Notes: generated from the sequence alone by a model not told the origin. A DNA stretch of 64,000 nt from Candidatus Levyibacteriota bacterium (GCA_038205015.1 JBBRCK010000004.1:4620-68619); one strand, 5' to 3'; positions 10,201-21,794 are shown, counted from the stretch's first letter. A program made the numbers and translations.

Positions 10201-10667
10201 CGCAACAACCACTTGGTGGAAAAGCACAAATGGGTGGACAAAGATTGGGAGAAATGGAAGTCTGGGCTTTGGAATCTCACAGAGCAAGATATACTTTGCA
10301 GGAAATGTTAACGATTAAATCGGATGATGTGGTTGGAAGAGCAAAGGCTTTTGAGGCAATTGTTAAGGGAACAGATATCCCAACACCAAAAGTTCCGGAG
10401 TCGTTTAAAGTTTTAATTAAGGAATTAAATGCTTTGGGATTGAATGTCGTTCCGGTTGGGGCAACAATATCTGATAAACTGATTGATGCACCGATTGAAA
10501 ATGTTGAAGAAAGAAAAGAAGCTGAGCAAGAAGAAAAAGTAGAAGTAGAAGCCAAAGAAATGCAGAAAGAAATCACCGGTGCAGAAGGAGAGGCAGAAGT
10601 ATCTACCGAAGCAGTACAAGAACCGGGAGTGGAAGTAGTAGAAACGGAGGCAACAAAAAATGAATAA
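7242..10667 (+). CDS. rpoB: RNA polymerase beta subunit
   Basis: GDKLAGRHGNKGV, GGQRLGEMEVWALE, SPEGPNIGL. Confidence 0.99.
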   Translation: MAKKGNTDTKDDIRINWGKDFSLLPKLDLLEIQKESYKWFLDKGIKQILEEISPIDDFTEKNWTLELKDYRLGKLSSTPDIALSKGVTYDSPLYVNATLTNKKTGATYDQEVFLGDIPQMTDRATFIINGIERAVVNQLVRSPGVFFTATQDNVTGKTLYNAEIRPVHGSWLEFTTTRHETIMVKIDRRRKFLSTTFLRALGISANEEIKHRFQHVEGDGKTSYIENTLLKDETQDSNEALIEIFRKMHPGEPVVLDKVRENFLGTFFNNRRYDLGAVGRYKMNKKLSTIEGFNVPSLETKILTLDDIVGAISFLIKLSQGQYGIDDIDSLANRRVRCVGELVATTAFRIGALRLERSVKERMSLIQPDLPISIGGLINARPIMAAINEFFRTSQLSTILDQTNPLSEVDNLNRLTVMGTGGISRERAAFSIRDINSSQYSRICPIRSPEGPNIGLVTYMALYARVNEFGFLEAPYRRVIHENKGKDEISKASNDIVYLSADDEQKHYVTHSGVLTDSGRIEQERVAARYKGEFIETDRANVEYVDVIPRQVVGSAASLIPFVSHDEANRALMGTHMQCQAVPLIDPSSPVVGTGMENSISQMMGRVIYAPFDGEVTYADANKVILKGKGQKEETTYYIDSFKRTSQATAYTQRTMVTNGQKVKKGDLLIDGPASQLGELALGQNLLIAYMSFDGLGYEDGIVISERLVKDDTLSSIHIEKHEAAVVETKLGPEETTRDIPNVSEEDLANLDEDGVVVIGSEVAPGDILVGKIAPKGETELSAEERLLRAIFGEQAREVRDTSLRMPHGEKGTVVSIHVLDRKKGDELEPGTMRKIIVEVAQLRHVVIGDKLAGRHGNKGVISRILPEVDMPHLADGTAVDIIISPISVLARMNLGQLLEAHLGWAANALGEKIAMPVFEEVNEEKIVSELKRAGLPLDGKATLYDGRTGLAYDNPAVVGIEYVMKLIHMVEDKTHARSTGPYSLVTQQPLGGKAQMGGQRLGEMEVWALESHRARYTLQEMLTIKSDDVVGRAKAFEAIVKGTDIPTPKVPESFKVLIKELNALGLNVVPVGATISDKLIDAPIENVEERKEAEQEEKVEVEAKEMQKEITGAEGEAEVSTEAVQEPGVEVVETEATKNE

Positions 10668-13600
10668 CGACAAAAAAAACAAAGACATAACAATTTTGGA
10701 TTTTAAAGCCTTAAAGCTTTTATTAGCCTCAAAAGAGGATATTATGAATTGGTCTTATGGTGAAGTAACCAAGCCCGAAACTATTAATTATAGAACTTTA
10801 AGGCCAGAAAAAGACGGACTTTTTGATGAAAGAATTTTTGGACCAACCAAAGACTGGGAATGTTATTGCGGAAAATATAAAAGAATCAGAAACAGAGGAA
10901 TAATCTGTGACAAATGCGGTGTTGAAGTTACACTTTCAAGAGTAAGAAGAGAGAGAATGGGCCATATCGCCTTATCTGCTCCCGTATCACACGTTTGGTT
11001 CTTTAAAGGTTCATCTTCGGCACTCTCTTTAATTTTGGACATGTCTCAAAAAAGCTTGGAGGGCGTAATTTATTATGCTTCATATTTAGTTACGGATATG
11101 GACGAAGAAAAGAAAAAGCTAAGTTTAGAAACGCTACTTAAAACAATTGAAAAAAGAAAAGAACAGCTTAAAAAAGACGTTGATGCGGAGCAAAAATTAC
11201 TCGATAAAGAAAATGTAGAGAAGAAAAAAGATACCTCTAGATCTAAGGTAAAAGGTGAGCAAAAAGAATTAATCGAACAGGAATTTGAGCTTGCAAAAAG
11301 ACAAAAAACAGCAAGACTGGAGGAAAGACTTGATGCCGAGAATAAGAAAATGGATGAAATTGCCGATGCCCTTTCCAAACTTATTAAAAGTTTGAAAATC
11401 GGAAGCGTTTTATCGGAAGATGAATACTTTAAAATTTTGGAATACGATATACCAATTTTCTTCACCATAAAAACCGGAGCAGAAGGTCTTTTGGAGCTTG
11501 TCCAAAAAATCGATATCGCTCAATTAATCGTCTTATTAAGAGAAGAAACTGCAAAATCAAAAGGACAAAGATATTTTAAATTAATCAAAAGATTAAGGTT
11601 GTTAGAAGCAATGCGTAAGGCCGGCATTAGTCCTGCTTCCATGGTTATGACAGTTCTTCCGGTTATTCCTCCAGATTTAAGACCAATGGTTCAGTTGGCA
11701 GGTGGAAGATTTGCAACATCAGACTTAAACGATTTATATAGAAGAGTTATCAATAGAAATAACAGATTAAAGCATTTAATTTCTTTAGGAGCGCCGGAAA
11801 TAATTTTAAGAAACGAAAAAAGAATGCTCCAGGAGTCCGTTGATTCCTTAATCGATGCATCTCAAAGAACTTCTCAGGTTGTTCAATCACCGCTTAGAAG
11901 TCTCTCTGACATGTTAAGAGGAAAACAGGGAAGATTTAGACAAAATTTACTTGGAAAAAGAGTTGATTATTCAGGAAGAAGCGTAATTGTTGTTGGGCCT
12001 GAACTTAATTTGTCTCAATGTGGACTTCCAAAAGAAATGGCTTTGGAAATGTTTAAGCCATTTGTGCTAAGAGAAGTTATAGTTAGAGGATATGCTCCAA
12101 ATATCAAATCAGCTAAAAGATTTATCGAAAAGAGAAGCCCAGAAGTATTTGATATCTTGGAAGAAATCACCAAAAACCATCCGGTTCTTTTAAACCGCGC
12201 TCCCACACTACACAAGCTTGGAATTCAGGCGTTTTATCCGGTTTTGATTGAAGGAAGTGCGATTGCACTTCATCCTTGTGTTTGTGCAGGATATAATGCT
12301 GATTTTGACGGAGACCAAATGGCAGTTCATATCCCACTCTCACAAAAAGCCCAGGAAGAAGCAACGACCTTGATGATGCCAAGACATAATTTATTAAAAC
12401 CGGCCGATGGTAGTCCAATTACTCTTCCAAACAAGGAAATGGCAGTTGGAATTTTCTATCTTACAACAGTTGATGAAACTTCCAGAAAAGAAGAGCTCCC
12501 AAGCTTTATGCATTTAAATGAAGCATTTTTAGCTTTTTCTTTGGAAAAAATAAAATTAAGAGAACCAGTTAATGTAAAAATAAACGGCGAAATAGTTGAA
12601 TCCACGGTTGGAAGATTAATGTTTAATGAAAAATTACCCGAAGGATATAGTTTTATGAATGAGCCGATTAAGGCTTCGGGAATTAAGAAAATTATTACAA
12701 TTTCAATCAAGAAATATACTTCAGAAGAAGTTGAAAAATTAATAGATAATATTAAATCTTTAGGATTTTATGGTTCAACAATTTCAGGAATTTCAGTTTC
12801 TGTTTTTGATAACACTATGGTTCCGGAAAAAAATGGCTTAATTGTAGAAGCGGAGAAAAAAGTCGCCGGAGTAGAAAGTGATTATCAAGAGGGTCTTATT
12901 ACCAATGATGAGAAGAAAAGACTTTCAAACGAAATTTGGTTAGCAGTAACAAATCATATTGCAGATTTAACTTGGAATAATTTACAACCACAAAGTGTTA
13001 TCAGAACGATTATTGATTCAGAAGGTGCAAGAGCCGGAAAAGAACAATTAAAGCAGTTATCAGCCATGAGAGGTCTTATTTTAGATCCACTTGGAAAGAT
13101 TGTCGAACTTCCAATTAAATCAAACTTTAGAGAAGGACTTTCAATTTTTGAATACGTATCATCCGCCAGAGGTTCAAGAAAGGGTTTAACCGACTCAGCT
13201 TTAAAAACTGCTAACGCAGGATATCTAACCAGAAGATTGGTTGACGTATCACACGATGTAATAATTAGAGCTGACGATTGTGGTACTAATGAAGGAATTT
13301 TAATCTCGCAAGCCGATCCATCAAGAACAGCTGCTTTTGCAGATAGAATTTTGGGAAGATATGCAGCAGAGAAAATAGTTTCCAAAAAAACAAAGAAAGA
13401 AATTGTTAAAGCAAGCGATGAAATAACCGAAGACAAAGTTAAGTTAATTGTTGCAGAAGAAGTAACAGAAGCAGTTGTCAGAAGTGCAATTACTTGTAAA
13501 TTAGAATATGGACTTTGTGCAAAATGTTATGGTTGGGATTTCTCTACAAAAACAACCGTTAACTCAGGCGTTCCGGTCGGAGTAATCGCTGCGCAGTCAA

Positions 13601-14373
13601 TCGGAGAACCGGGAACACAGCTTACTATGCGTGTTAAGCATTTTGGAGGAGTCGTAATGTCAGACGTTACCCAAGGTTTGCCAAGAGTCGAAGAGCTTTT
13701 TGAAATGAGAACTCCAAAAAGTTTATCACCAATCTCTGAAATTTCAGGAAAAGTAACCATTGAAACAGGTGAAGACGGATATATTGTAAAAGTTAAAAGT
13801 TCAAGAGTAAAGCCGGCGGATGAAAGAGAATATTTTGTACCATTGGCTGCAACGCTTAATGTAAAAGACGGTGATGATATCTCATCCGGAGCTCAAATTG
13901 CCCAGGGATATCTAGATCCTAAAGAGGTAATTAAAATAAAAGGTTTAGTTGACGGACAAAGATATATCATTACCGAAGCTCAAAGAGTTTATGAATCACA
14001 GGGTATTGGGATAAACGATAAGCATTTCGAAGTAATTTTAAGAAAAATGTCAGACAAAGTTATCGTTGAAACCGTTGGAGATACGTCCTTTATTCCGGGA
14101 GATTTTGTTTCTCAGGCCAGATTTGAACAGGAAAATGCAGGCGTATTATCTCAAGGTGGAGAGCCGGCAACAGCAAGACAAACGATTTTGGGAATCACAA
14201 AGTCTTCACTTTTCTCTGATTCATGGCTTAGTGCATCATCTTTTCAGGAAACCACAAAAGTTTTAACTGAAGCGGCTTTAGAGGGAGCAGAAGACAGGTT
14301 GGTAGGTCTTAAGGAAAACGTAATTATCGGAAGACTTATTCCTGTTGAGGGAAATACCCCCGAAGCAGTATAA
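10660..14373 (+). CDS. rpoC: RNA polymerase beta' subunit
   Basis: NADFDGDQM catalytic motif; N-terminal Zn ribbon CYCGK..CDKC. Confidence 0.99.
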   Translation: MNNDKKNKDITILDFKALKLLLASKEDIMNWSYGEVTKPETINYRTLRPEKDGLFDERIFGPTKDWECYCGKYKRIRNRGIICDKCGVEVTLSRVRRERMGHIALSAPVSHVWFFKGSSSALSLILDMSQKSLEGVIYYASYLVTDMDEEKKKLSLETLLKTIEKRKEQLKKDVDAEQKLLDKENVEKKKDTSRSKVKGEQKELIEQEFELAKRQKTARLEERLDAENKKMDEIADALSKLIKSLKIGSVLSEDEYFKILEYDIPIFFTIKTGAEGLLELVQKIDIAQLIVLLREETAKSKGQRYFKLIKRLRLLEAMRKAGISPASMVMTVLPVIPPDLRPMVQLAGGRFATSDLNDLYRRVINRNNRLKHLISLGAPEIILRNEKRMLQESVDSLIDASQRTSQVVQSPLRSLSDMLRGKQGRFRQNLLGKRVDYSGRSVIVVGPELNLSQCGLPKEMALEMFKPFVLREVIVRGYAPNIKSAKRFIEKRSPEVFDILEEITKNHPVLLNRAPTLHKLGIQAFYPVLIEGSAIALHPCVCAGYNADFDGDQMAVHIPLSQKAQEEATTLMMPRHNLLKPADGSPITLPNKEMAVGIFYLTTVDETSRKEELPSFMHLNEAFLAFSLEKIKLREPVNVKINGEIVESTVGRLMFNEKLPEGYSFMNEPIKASGIKKIITISIKKYTSEEVEKLIDNIKSLGFYGSTISGISVSVFDNTMVPEKNGLIVEAEKKVAGVESDYQEGLITNDEKKRLSNEIWLAVTNHIADLTWNNLQPQSVIRTIIDSEGARAGKEQLKQLSAMRGLILDPLGKIVELPIKSNFREGLSIFEYVSSARGSRKGLTDSALKTANAGYLTRRLVDVSHDVIIRADDCGTNEGILISQADPSRTAAFADRILGRYAAEKIVSKKTKKEIVKASDEITEDKVKLIVAEEVTEAVVRSAITCKLEYGLCAKCYGWDFSTKTTVNSGVPVGVIAAQSIGEPGTQLTMRVKHFGGVVMSDVTQGLPRVEELFEMRTPKSLSPISEISGKVTIETGEDGYIVKVKSSRVKPADEREYFVPLAATLNVKDGDDISSGAQIAQGYLDPKEVIKIKGLVDGQRYIITEAQRVYESQGIGINDKHFEVILRKMSDKVIVETVGDTSFIPGDFVSQARFEQENAGVLSQGGEPATARQTILGITKSSLFSDSWLSASSFQETTKVLTEAALEGAEDRLVGLKENVIIGRLIPVEGNTPEAV

Positions 14374-14383
14374 TCTAAAACAT

Positions 14384-14857
14384 ATGCCAACACTTAATCA
14401 GCTTGCCAAAAGAGGCAGACATAAAAAACAAAAGAAAGTTAAAGCAACCGCCTTACGGCGTATTTTTAATGCTAAAGACAGAGTTTATAAAAATATTGAA
14501 GCTCCGCAAAAAAGAGGAGTTGTCACTTTGGTTAAAACAATGACTCCTAAAAAACCAAATTCGGCTCTTCGAAAAGTTGCCAGAGTTAGACTTTCCAACA
14601 GAAACGAAGTTACAGCCTATATTCAAGGAGTCGGACATTCATTATCTGAACACGGAATCGTTTTAGTAAGAGGTGGTAGAGTTAAGGATTTGCCGGGTGT
14701 TAAATATCATATTGTCAGAGGCAAATTTGACTTGCAGGGGGTTGAAGGAAGAAAATCATCAAGAAGCAAATACGGAGTTAAAAAATCCGGAGGACCAATG
14801 AAAGTTGCGGGGTCGCCTCAAGCAGCTCAACCGGTAGAAGCTCCGGCAGAAGGATAA
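14384..14857 (+). CDS. rpsL: 30S ribosomal protein S12
   Basis: MPTLNQL start, [19 protein letters not shown]. Confidence 0.98.
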   Translation: MPTLNQLAKRGRHKKQKKVKATALRRIFNAKDRVYKNIEAPQKRGVVTLVKTMTPKKPNSALRKVARVRLSNRNEVTAYIQGVGHSLSEHGIVLVRGGRVKDLPGVKYHIVRGKFDLQGVEGRKSSRSKYGVKKSGGPMKVAGSPQAAQPVEAPAEG

Positions 14858-14860
14858 AGT

Positions 14861-15334
14861 ATGGCAAGACATAAAAAAACAGTAAAAAGACAAACAGTAG
14901 ATGATAAAATATACCAAAGCAAACTTGTGGCAAAGTTTATTAATAGGTTAATGAAAGATGGCAAAAAAACGGTTGCCGAAAAAGTTTTTTACCAGAGCTT
15001 TGAGCTTCTAAAAAAAGACGGAGATCCACTTCAGATTTTTGAAACAGCAATAAATAATGTGGGACCAAAAACAGAAGTTAAATCAAAAAGAGTTGGAGGA
15101 GCCAATTATCAGGTTCCTCAAGAAGTAAGAGGAGACAGAAGAGTTGCTTTAGCAATCAGATGGATTGTAGAAGCAGCCAGAGCAAGAAGTAATTCAGAAT
15201 TTAAAACATTTTCCGAAAAATTAGCAGTGGAATTTAAAGATGCTGCTAAAAATGAAGGCGCAGCAGTAAAGAAAAGAGATACGGTTCTCCGCATGGCAGA
15301 GGCGAACAGAGCTTTCTCGCATTTCAGGTTCTAA
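14861..15334 (+). CDS. rpsG: 30S ribosomal protein S7
   Basis: RVGGANYQVP, MAEANRAFSHFRF. Confidence 0.98.
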   Translation: MARHKKTVKRQTVDDKIYQSKLVAKFINRLMKDGKKTVAEKVFYQSFELLKKDGDPLQIFETAINNVGPKTEVKSKRVGGANYQVPQEVRGDRRVALAIRWIVEAARARSNSEFKTFSEKLAVEFKDAAKNEGAAVKKRDTVLRMAEANRAFSHFRF

Positions 15335-15376
15335 ATTCCCTTGAAATAAGATAGAATTTAAAGTAAGTATTTTTTT

Positions 15377-17479
15377 ATGGCAGAAGATAGATTAAAAACA
15401 TTAGATAAAGTAAGAAATATTGGCATTATTGCCCATATTGACGCGGGAAAAACCACTACCACCGAGAGAATCCTTTTTTATACCGGAAAAACCTACAAAA
15501 TTGGAGACATTGATGAAGGAAATACACAGATGGACTGGATGGAGCAGGAAAAAGAAAGAGGGATTACAATTGTTAGTGCCGCCACAACCGCGTTTTGGAA
15601 GGACTACAGAATAAATATTATCGACACTCCCGGACACGTTGATTTTACCGCAGAAGTAGAACGTTCACTTCGTGTATTAGATGGTGGTATTACTGTTTTA
15701 GACGCAGAAGAGGGAGTTCAATCTCAGTCAGAAACAGTTTGGAGACAGGCGGATAAATATAAAGTTCCAAGACTTTGTTTTGTAAATAAAATGGATAAAT
15801 TAGGAGCAGATTTTTTGCATACCGTAAAAACCATTGAAGACAGACTCGGTGCAAATCCTTTAATCATGGTTTTGCCAATTGGAGCAGAAAATACTTTTAA
15901 AGGCATTTTCCATTTAATGGATATGAAATCATATGTTTGGGATGGAGAAGACTTAGGAGCAAAATTTGAAGTTAACGATGAAGTTCCGGAGGATATGAAG
16001 GCCCAAATTGAAGAATATAGACATAAACTGATTGAAAAAATTGCCGAAACAGATGACGTTTTAACTGAAAAATATTTAAATGGGCAAGAAATTACAAACG
16101 AAGAATTAAAAGTTGCTTTAAGAAAAGCGGTTATTGCTTATAAATTAGTTCCAATTTTTGCAGGCTCATCTCTTAGAAACAAAGGCGTTCAGCCACTTTT
16201 AGACGCGGTTATTGATTACCTACCATCACCTTTGGATGTTGGAGAAATTATTGGAATTAATCCTAAAACTGGGGAAGAAGTTAAAAGAAAGCCTGATGCA
16301 CATGAACCCTTGGCGGGTTTATCTTTTAAAATTCAAATTGACCCGCACGTTGGAAAATTAACTTATTACCGGGTTTATTCGGGAACAATTACGGCCGGTT
16401 CTTATATTTATAACAGTTCAAAAAATAATACTGAAAGAGTCGGACGTATTCTTTTAATGCACGCAAATCACAGGGAAGAAATAAAGGAAGCATATGCCGG
16501 AGAAATAGTTGCTTTGGTTGGGTTAAAAGATACCGGGACAGGCGATACTCTTTGTGTCGACAGTGCACCGATAATTTTGGAACAGATTACTTTCCCGGAG
16601 CCGGTTATTTCTTTAGCAATTGAACCAAAAACCAAAGCAGATCAGGAAAAATTAGGACTTGCTCTTAAAAGACTTTCCGAAGAAGACCCAACTTTTTCTA
16701 TTAAAACAAATCATGAGACAAACCAAACTATAATTTCAGGAATGGGAGAACTTCAGTTAGAGGTAATGGTTGATAGGATGAGGCGTGAATTTGGTGTCTT
16801 GGCAAACGTTGGAGCACCACAGGTTGCATATAAGGAGACAATTAAGTTGGAAGCAGAAGGGGAAGGAAAATATATTAGACAATCCGGAGGACGCGGGCAA
16901 TACGGTCATTGCTGGTTAAGAATTAAACCAAAGCCAAGAGGAGAAGGTTTTGAATTTATAGATGCTATTAAGGGTGGAGCTATTCCGTCAGAATTTATTA
17001 AAGCAATTGAAAAAGGTGTTAAGGAAACCTTGGATAACGGAATATTGCTTGGATATCCGGTTGTTGATATGGAAGTAACTGTTTACGATGGTTCTTTCCA
17101 TGATGTTGATTCTTCGGAAGTTGCCTTTAAAATTGCTGCTTCTAAAGCTTTGCAAGCCGGTTCTAAAAAAGCCGATATGACACTTTTAGAGCCGATTATG
17201 AAAGTTGAAGTTACAACTCCAAGTGAATTTATGGGAGATGTAATTGGTGACTTATCGGCAAAAAGAGCTCAGATTATGGGAACCGAAGAAAGAGGAAAGG
17301 CAACAATAGTTTTAGCAATGGTTCCTTTGGCTGAGCTTTCCGGTTATTCAACTACCATTAGGTCTATGTCACAGGGACGCGCTTCTTATTATATGGAGCC
17401 TTCTCATTATGAAGATGTCCCACGAAATATTGTTGAAGCTATGCTTGCTAAATCCACCTTCACTGGAAGAGTTGAATAA
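15377..17479 (+). CDS. fusA: Elongation factor G
   Basis: [31 protein letters not shown]. Confidence 0.99.
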   Translation: MAEDRLKTLDKVRNIGIIAHIDAGKTTTTERILFYTGKTYKIGDIDEGNTQMDWMEQEKERGITIVSAATTAFWKDYRINIIDTPGHVDFTAEVERSLRVLDGGITVLDAEEGVQSQSETVWRQADKYKVPRLCFVNKMDKLGADFLHTVKTIEDRLGANPLIMVLPIGAENTFKGIFHLMDMKSYVWDGEDLGAKFEVNDEVPEDMKAQIEEYRHKLIEKIAETDDVLTEKYLNGQEITNEELKVALRKAVIAYKLVPIFAGSSLRNKGVQPLLDAVIDYLPSPLDVGEIIGINPKTGEEVKRKPDAHEPLAGLSFKIQIDPHVGKLTYYRVYSGTITAGSYIYNSSKNNTERVGRILLMHANHREEIKEAYAGEIVALVGLKDTGTGDTLCVDSAPIILEQITFPEPVISLAIEPKTKADQEKLGLALKRLSEEDPTFSIKTNHETNQTIISGMGELQLEVMVDRMRREFGVLANVGAPQVAYKETIKLEAEGEGKYIRQSGGRGQYGHCWLRIKPKPRGEGFEFIDAIKGGAIPSEFIKAIEKGVKETLDNGILLGYPVVDMEVTVYDGSFHDVDSSEVAFKIAASKALQAGSKKADMTLLEPIMKVEVTTPSEFMGDVIGDLSAKRAQIMGTEERGKATIVLAMVPLAELSGYSTTIRSMSQGRASYYMEPSHYEDVPRNIVEAMLAKSTFTGRVE

Positions 17480-17751
17480 TGCGACTAGAAATTAAGATAG
17501 AAGACCCACAACTAGCTTTCAATCGTGTCTCTCAAGAATTAAGAGAAGTCGGCGATATTGCCTTAGGCTCCGGAGCAAATTCGGGAGATATAAAAAGATA
17601 TAACCAGCTTCATGAACAGGTTAGGCGAAAGCATCCCGATGGAACAATCGGTCACCTTGGTCTTAAAAGAGAAATTGTTATCTTTACTGGCGAACATGAG
17701 CTATCGTTCGCAATACCTTCTAAAAAAATTCCCTTTAGGTTAAAACCTTGA
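17479..17751 (+). CDS. Hypothetical protein
   Basis: 90 aa ORF coupled to the fusA stop (TAATG). Confidence 0.6.
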   Translation: MRLEIKIEDPQLAFNRVSQELREVGDIALGSGANSGDIKRYNQLHEQVRRKHPDGTIGHLGLKREIVIFTGEHELSFAIPSKKIPFRLKP

Positions 17752-17770
17752 ATTTTGCTATAATTTTAAA

Positions 17771-18220
17771 ATGACAGTTCATTTTATTTGCCGCGGAAAT
17801 ACTTATCGAAGTAGGCTGGCTGAAACTTATTTAAATTCTAAAAAATTATCCAATATAAGTGTTTTTTCAAGTGGAATAGAAGCAAATAGAAATCTTTCTG
17901 GACCAGTTACTTGGTGGGCTCAAAGGATAATTCAAAATGAAAACTTGCAGGATTTTGAAAGTTTTAGGTGGCAGCAAGCTACTAATGAATTAGTAACAAA
18001 AGCAGATTTTACGATTTTTATGAATTCCGACATTTTTGACTTTTGCGTGAGTAGCTTAAGTTTTAATGCAGAGAATTATGAAGTTTGGAATATTGAGGAT
18101 TTGGAAGAGGTTGGAATTTCGACAGAGGAAGTTATTAGGAGATCAGAGGTTGTGTTTTCTAAAATTATTAAAAAGACGGAAGAGTTAATTGTTCGTCTTC
18201 AGAGGGAAAAATTTGTCTAG
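17771..18220 (+). CDS. Low molecular weight protein tyrosine phosphatase / ArsC-like protein
   Basis: P-loop FICRGNTYRSRLAE, SSG and WNIED motifs. Confidence 0.85.
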   Translation: MTVHFICRGNTYRSRLAETYLNSKKLSNISVFSSGIEANRNLSGPVTWWAQRIIQNENLQDFESFRWQQATNELVTKADFTIFMNSDIFDFCVSSLSFNAENYEVWNIEDLEEVGISTEEVIRRSEVVFSKIIKKTEELIVRLQREKFV

Positions 18221-18890
18221 TTTCTTCTTTTGCTGCTAGTTTATCCCTATATTTTTCCGGGCTTTGGGTAAAATCTTTTACTGCTTTTTCTCTTTTTGCC
18301 TTAAGAATTCTTTGAAGTTGAGGGTAAAAACTGTCCGTAAGAATCTCCTCAGGTGTTTTTTCTACAGCATCCTGTTCGCCTCCATTTATCAGTATTGTAT
18401 TATTATCAATAAGCCATCTTTGGGTTTGTTTATCTTTTTCTTCATCGCTTGAATTATTCCATGCGTCGGAAGCTTCTTTTCTTGTTCTTATCCACGGTCC
18501 TATTAGCTGGCCGGTTGTTTCGCCGGTAATAAGTTCTTCCCGTATTTTATGCTTATAGGCTTTAATACCTAGCTTGCTTGATTTAACTTCTACTTTCAAA
18601 ACTGTTCCGTCAATTAAAGTCATTGTTAGGTCATTATTTGGTGTATATAAGGGATTTTTAGTTACCGATCTAACGATATCTGTTTGGGATGCAATAATTT
18701 CTTGAACTCTTGTTTCAACGGCTTCTCCTCTGTCGGTCCAAAGACTTTCCGGTACGTTTCCATTTTCCTGTCGCATAGCTTTTATTGTTCTTCTAAGGAG
18801 GTGGTGGGGAATTTCATAAGGTGGAAGGGCATGAAGCTGCGGGGTTGTACCGTCAATTGATCCAGGAGCAATTATTAACGCTTCTGTCAT
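18168..18890 (-). CDS. Hypothetical protein, possible PD-(D/E)xK nuclease fold
   Basis: RGEAVE helix then NDLTMTLIDGTVLKVEVKSS; own TTGACA-N17-GACAAT promoter. Confidence 0.55.
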   Translation of the reverse strand: MTEALIIAPGSIDGTTPQLHALPPYEIPHHLLRRTIKAMRQENGNVPESLWTDRGEAVETRVQEIIASQTDIVRSVTKNPLYTPNNDLTMTLIDGTVLKVEVKSSKLGIKAYKHKIREELITGETTGQLIGPWIRTRKEASDAWNNSSDEEKDKQTQRWLIDNNTILINGGEQDAVEKTPEEILTDSFYPQLQRILKAKREKAVKDFTQSPEKYRDKLAAKEETRQIFPSEDEQLTLPSF

Positions 18891-18960
18891 CTAAATTTAT
18901 TGTCAATTAATAAAAATATTTTGTCAATAAGAAAAATCTAAAGTGATATAATATTAGTCA

Positions 18961-19341
18961 ATGAAGAGTTTAAAATACGCAATTTCTTATGGTTTTTTAG
19001 TTTGGCTTTTGCCTTTTGTATTTTCGGTTTTAATATTTTTCTTGCACGAAGCTCAGCGTTCCCTTTTTGAATCGTTAATGGGTGTTTTTGGAGTTTTAAT
19101 GGCCGTTATTTTTACAAATCTGTATTTTAGAAAAGTGGAAATTAGCTTAAGAGAAGGGATATTCTTAGGAATAGTGTGGGTAATAATTAGTTTTTCTTTT
19201 GATTTCTTGTTTTTTATTGTCGGTCCGGCGAGAATGAGTATTCCTGATTATATAAAAGATATCGGTGTTTCCTATCTAGCTATTCCAATAATTACTGTTG
19301 GATTCTCTTTTCTTCGAAGCGGTGTTAAGGATAAGGAGTAG
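18961..19341 (+). CDS. Four-TM membrane protein
   Basis: Four hydrophobic segments; TGATATAAT just upstream. Confidence 0.75.
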   Translation: MKSLKYAISYGFLVWLLPFVFSVLIFFLHEAQRSLFESLMGVFGVLMAVIFTNLYFRKVEISLREGIFLGIVWVIISFSFDFLFFIVGPARMSIPDYIKDIGVSYLAIPIITVGFSFLRSGVKDKE

Positions 19342-19342
19342 T

Positions 19343-19861
19343 TTAGAACATATCGTCAATACCAAGTCCCCTTTGATTTTCGCCATTTTGCCTATGTCCT
19401 TCTAAGAATCTGTTAGTTAATGCCAGAGGAATTTGTGTTTCCCCGATACTGATAAGATCCACAAGACTTAGGCCCCCAAGTTGAACTTCGTCTTTTTTAG
19501 TTAAAACTTTTTCTTTAGCGTTAAAGTCATCCCCATATTGATCATCTAAAGTTAGGGTAATAGCAAATAATGCTTCAATTCTTGGCATCATTTTTTCTAG
19601 GGATTGCCATGGAAGACCTTTTTGAATATATCTTCTGATTTGGTCGGGTGTTCTCCCAAGATAATCTCCTAATCTTACGTGGTCCCAATGCCCAAGTGAC
19701 CACTCAATTCCTGATAACATAGACTTACTAGTTCTATTGGGATAATCGTTAAGTTTACTAAGTATATTATCTGCCTCTGTAGATAAAGGTATGCCACGAT
19801 CTCTATCGGAGAGCGGTAAGCGTCCAAGTATTTTTCTGGTTTCTCTTTCAACTCTTGCCAT
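19343..19861 (-). CDS. Hypothetical protein resembling Xre/MbcA/ParS-type antitoxin
   Basis: HTH-like LGDYLGRTPDQIRRYIQKG and C-terminal LGGLSLVDLISIGE; TTGAAA-N17-TATAAT promoter. Confidence 0.5.
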   Translation of the reverse strand: MARVERETRKILGRLPLSDRDRGIPLSTEADNILSKLNDYPNRTSKSMLSGIEWSLGHWDHVRLGDYLGRTPDQIRRYIQKGLPWQSLEKMMPRIEALFAITLTLDDQYGDDFNAKEKVLTKKDEVQLGGLSLVDLISIGETQIPLALTNRFLEGHRQNGENQRGLGIDDMF

Positions 19862-19950
19862 AATAGATGTATTATAGGATAAAATTATCTATTTTTCAAA
19901 TATTGTATACTATTTATTAGTATTAAAAAAAAATTTAGGTGGTGATTTGA

Positions 19951-20166
19951 ATGTATTATAATTTTTCTTGTCCAAAATGCGATCAGATACTAACAGACTT
20001 TGAAGGAAGTATAGATCAAGCTTATGATGCAAATCTTAAACTTGACGATATGTTAAAGCAGCATTATAGCCAAATGCATACACAGGGAGATCAGGTAATG
20101 ACTGACGAAGAACTGCAATACGCGGTAAAAACCGGAATGAAATCATCTGATGAAAAACCATATTAA
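19951..20166 (+). CDS. Small putative metal-binding protein (CxxC...HxxxxH, DUF1059-like)
   Basis: CPKC and HYSQMH; SD-like AGGTGGTGA upstream. Confidence 0.65.
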   Translation: MYYNFSCPKCDQILTDFEGSIDQAYDANLKLDDMLKQHYSQMHTQGDQVMTDEELQYAVKTGMKSSDEKPY

Positions 20167-20202
20167 TAACAAATGTTTATTAATATTGGTTATTTTTGAC
20201 AC

Positions 20203-20262
20203 TTGACGGATTTTCTAAAGTATAGTATATTAAGTTCAACCTTATCAAAGGTTGTTTTTTTT
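20203..20262 (+). promoter_or_regulatory. tuf promoter plus leader hairpin with T run
   Basis: TTGACG-N17-TATATT then CAACCTT-atca-AAGGTTG-T8. Confidence 0.55.
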
Positions 20263-20271
20263 GACAAAACT

Positions 20272-21453
20272 ATGGCAGAAGTATACCAGAGAACAAAACC
20301 ACATGTAAATATCGGAACCATCGGTCACGTTGATCACGGTAAGACAACCACAACGGCGGCTATTGCTACTGTGCTTTCCAAAAAAGGAATGGCAAAGGCA
20401 ATGAAATACGAAGATATCGATAATGCCCCAGAAGAAAAAGCCAGAGGAGTCACTATTAACATTGCCCACGTAGAATACGAAACAGAAAAAAGACATTATG
20501 CACACATCGATGCACCAGGACACGCAGATTACATTAAGAACATGATTACGGGAGCCGCCCAAATGGACGGTGCAATCCTCGTAGTTTCAGCTCCAGACGG
20601 CCCTATGCCTCAAACCAGAGAACACATTTTACTAGCACATCAAGTACAAGTCCCATCAATCGTAGTTTTCTTAAACAAATGCGATATGGTACAAGACGAG
20701 GAACTTTTGGATTTGGTAGAAATGGAAGTAAGAGAGCTTTTAACAAAATATCAATATCCGGGAGCAGAAGTTCCAATTATCAGAGGCTCAGCTCTTAAAG
20801 CATTAGAAGGAGATCCAGAAGCAGAAAAACAAATTATGGCACTAATGGATGCAGTTGATAGCTATATCCCAACTCCAGTTAGAGATTTGGAAAAACCATT
20901 CCTTATGCCTGTTGAAGACGTTTTTTCAATCAAAGGAAGAGGAACAGTTGTAACCGGTAGAATCGAAAGAGGCAAGATTAAAGTAAACGAAGCGGTTGAA
21001 ATAATCGGAATCAGACCAACAAAGCAATCGGTTGTAACCGGCGTTGAAATGTTTAAGAAAATGCTTGATGAAGGACAAGCAGGAGATAATGTTGGAATTT
21101 TACTTAGAGGAGTAGAAAAACAGGATGTAGAAAGAGGACAAGTTGTTGCAAAGCCAGGCTCAATTACTCCACACAAAGAATTCGAAGCAGAAGTTTATAT
21201 CCTTACCAAAGAAGAAGGCGGACGTCACACACCTTTCTTTACAGGATACAGACCACAATTCTTTATAAAAACTACCGATATTACCGGAGAAGCTACTCTT
21301 CCAACAGGTGTTGAAATGGTAATGCCTGGAGATAACGCAAAAATGAATATCAAACTCATTGTACCTGTTGCAATGGAAGAGGGCGTAAGATTCGCAATCA
21401 GAGAAGGCGGAAAAACAGTTGGAGCAGGTGTAATTTCCAAAATAATTGCATAA
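20272..21453 (+). CDS. tuf: Elongation factor Tu
   Basis: [30 protein letters not shown]; start at [11 protein letters not shown]. Confidence 0.99.
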   Translation: MAEVYQRTKPHVNIGTIGHVDHGKTTTTAAIATVLSKKGMAKAMKYEDIDNAPEEKARGVTINIAHVEYETEKRHYAHIDAPGHADYIKNMITGAAQMDGAILVVSAPDGPMPQTREHILLAHQVQVPSIVVFLNKCDMVQDEELLDLVEMEVRELLTKYQYPGAEVPIIRGSALKALEGDPEAEKQIMALMDAVDSYIPTPVRDLEKPFLMPVEDVFSIKGRGTVVTGRIERGKIKVNEAVEIIGIRPTKQSVVTGVEMFKKMLDEGQAGDNVGILLRGVEKQDVERGQVVAKPGSITPHKEFEAEVYILTKEEGGRHTPFFTGYRPQFFIKTTDITGEATLPTGVEMVMPGDNAKMNIKLIVPVAMEEGVRFAIREGGKTVGAGVISKIIA

Positions 21454-21485
21454 TTCCCCTTCTAGCACTTTAATTATTTATACAT

Positions 21486-21794
21486 ATGCCAAAAGGAAGA
21501 CTTAGAGTTAGACTTAAAAGTTATGACGCTAGAGTAATAGACTCTACCTGTCAGCAAATTTTAGACACGGCCATTAGGACCGGTGCTAAAGTTGTTGGTC
21601 CAATTCCACTCCCTTCCAGAAGAACAGTATATGCTATAAATACTTCGCCATTCATCGATAAAAACGCCAGAGACCACTTCCAAATAAAAGTTCATAAAAG
21701 ATTAATTGATATTGTTTCTCCAACAGATAAAACCATTGATGCCCTGACGCATTTGGAACTTCCTGCAGGCGTAAGTATCGAAATCGGAATGTAG
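21486..21794 (+). CDS. rpsJ: 30S ribosomal protein S10
   Basis: RLKSYD, GPIPLP, HKRLIDI. Confidence 0.98.
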   Translation: MPKGRLRVRLKSYDARVIDSTCQQILDTAIRTGAKVVGPIPLPSRRTVYAINTSPFIDKNARDHFQIKVHKRLIDIVSPTDKTIDALTHLELPAGVSIEIGM

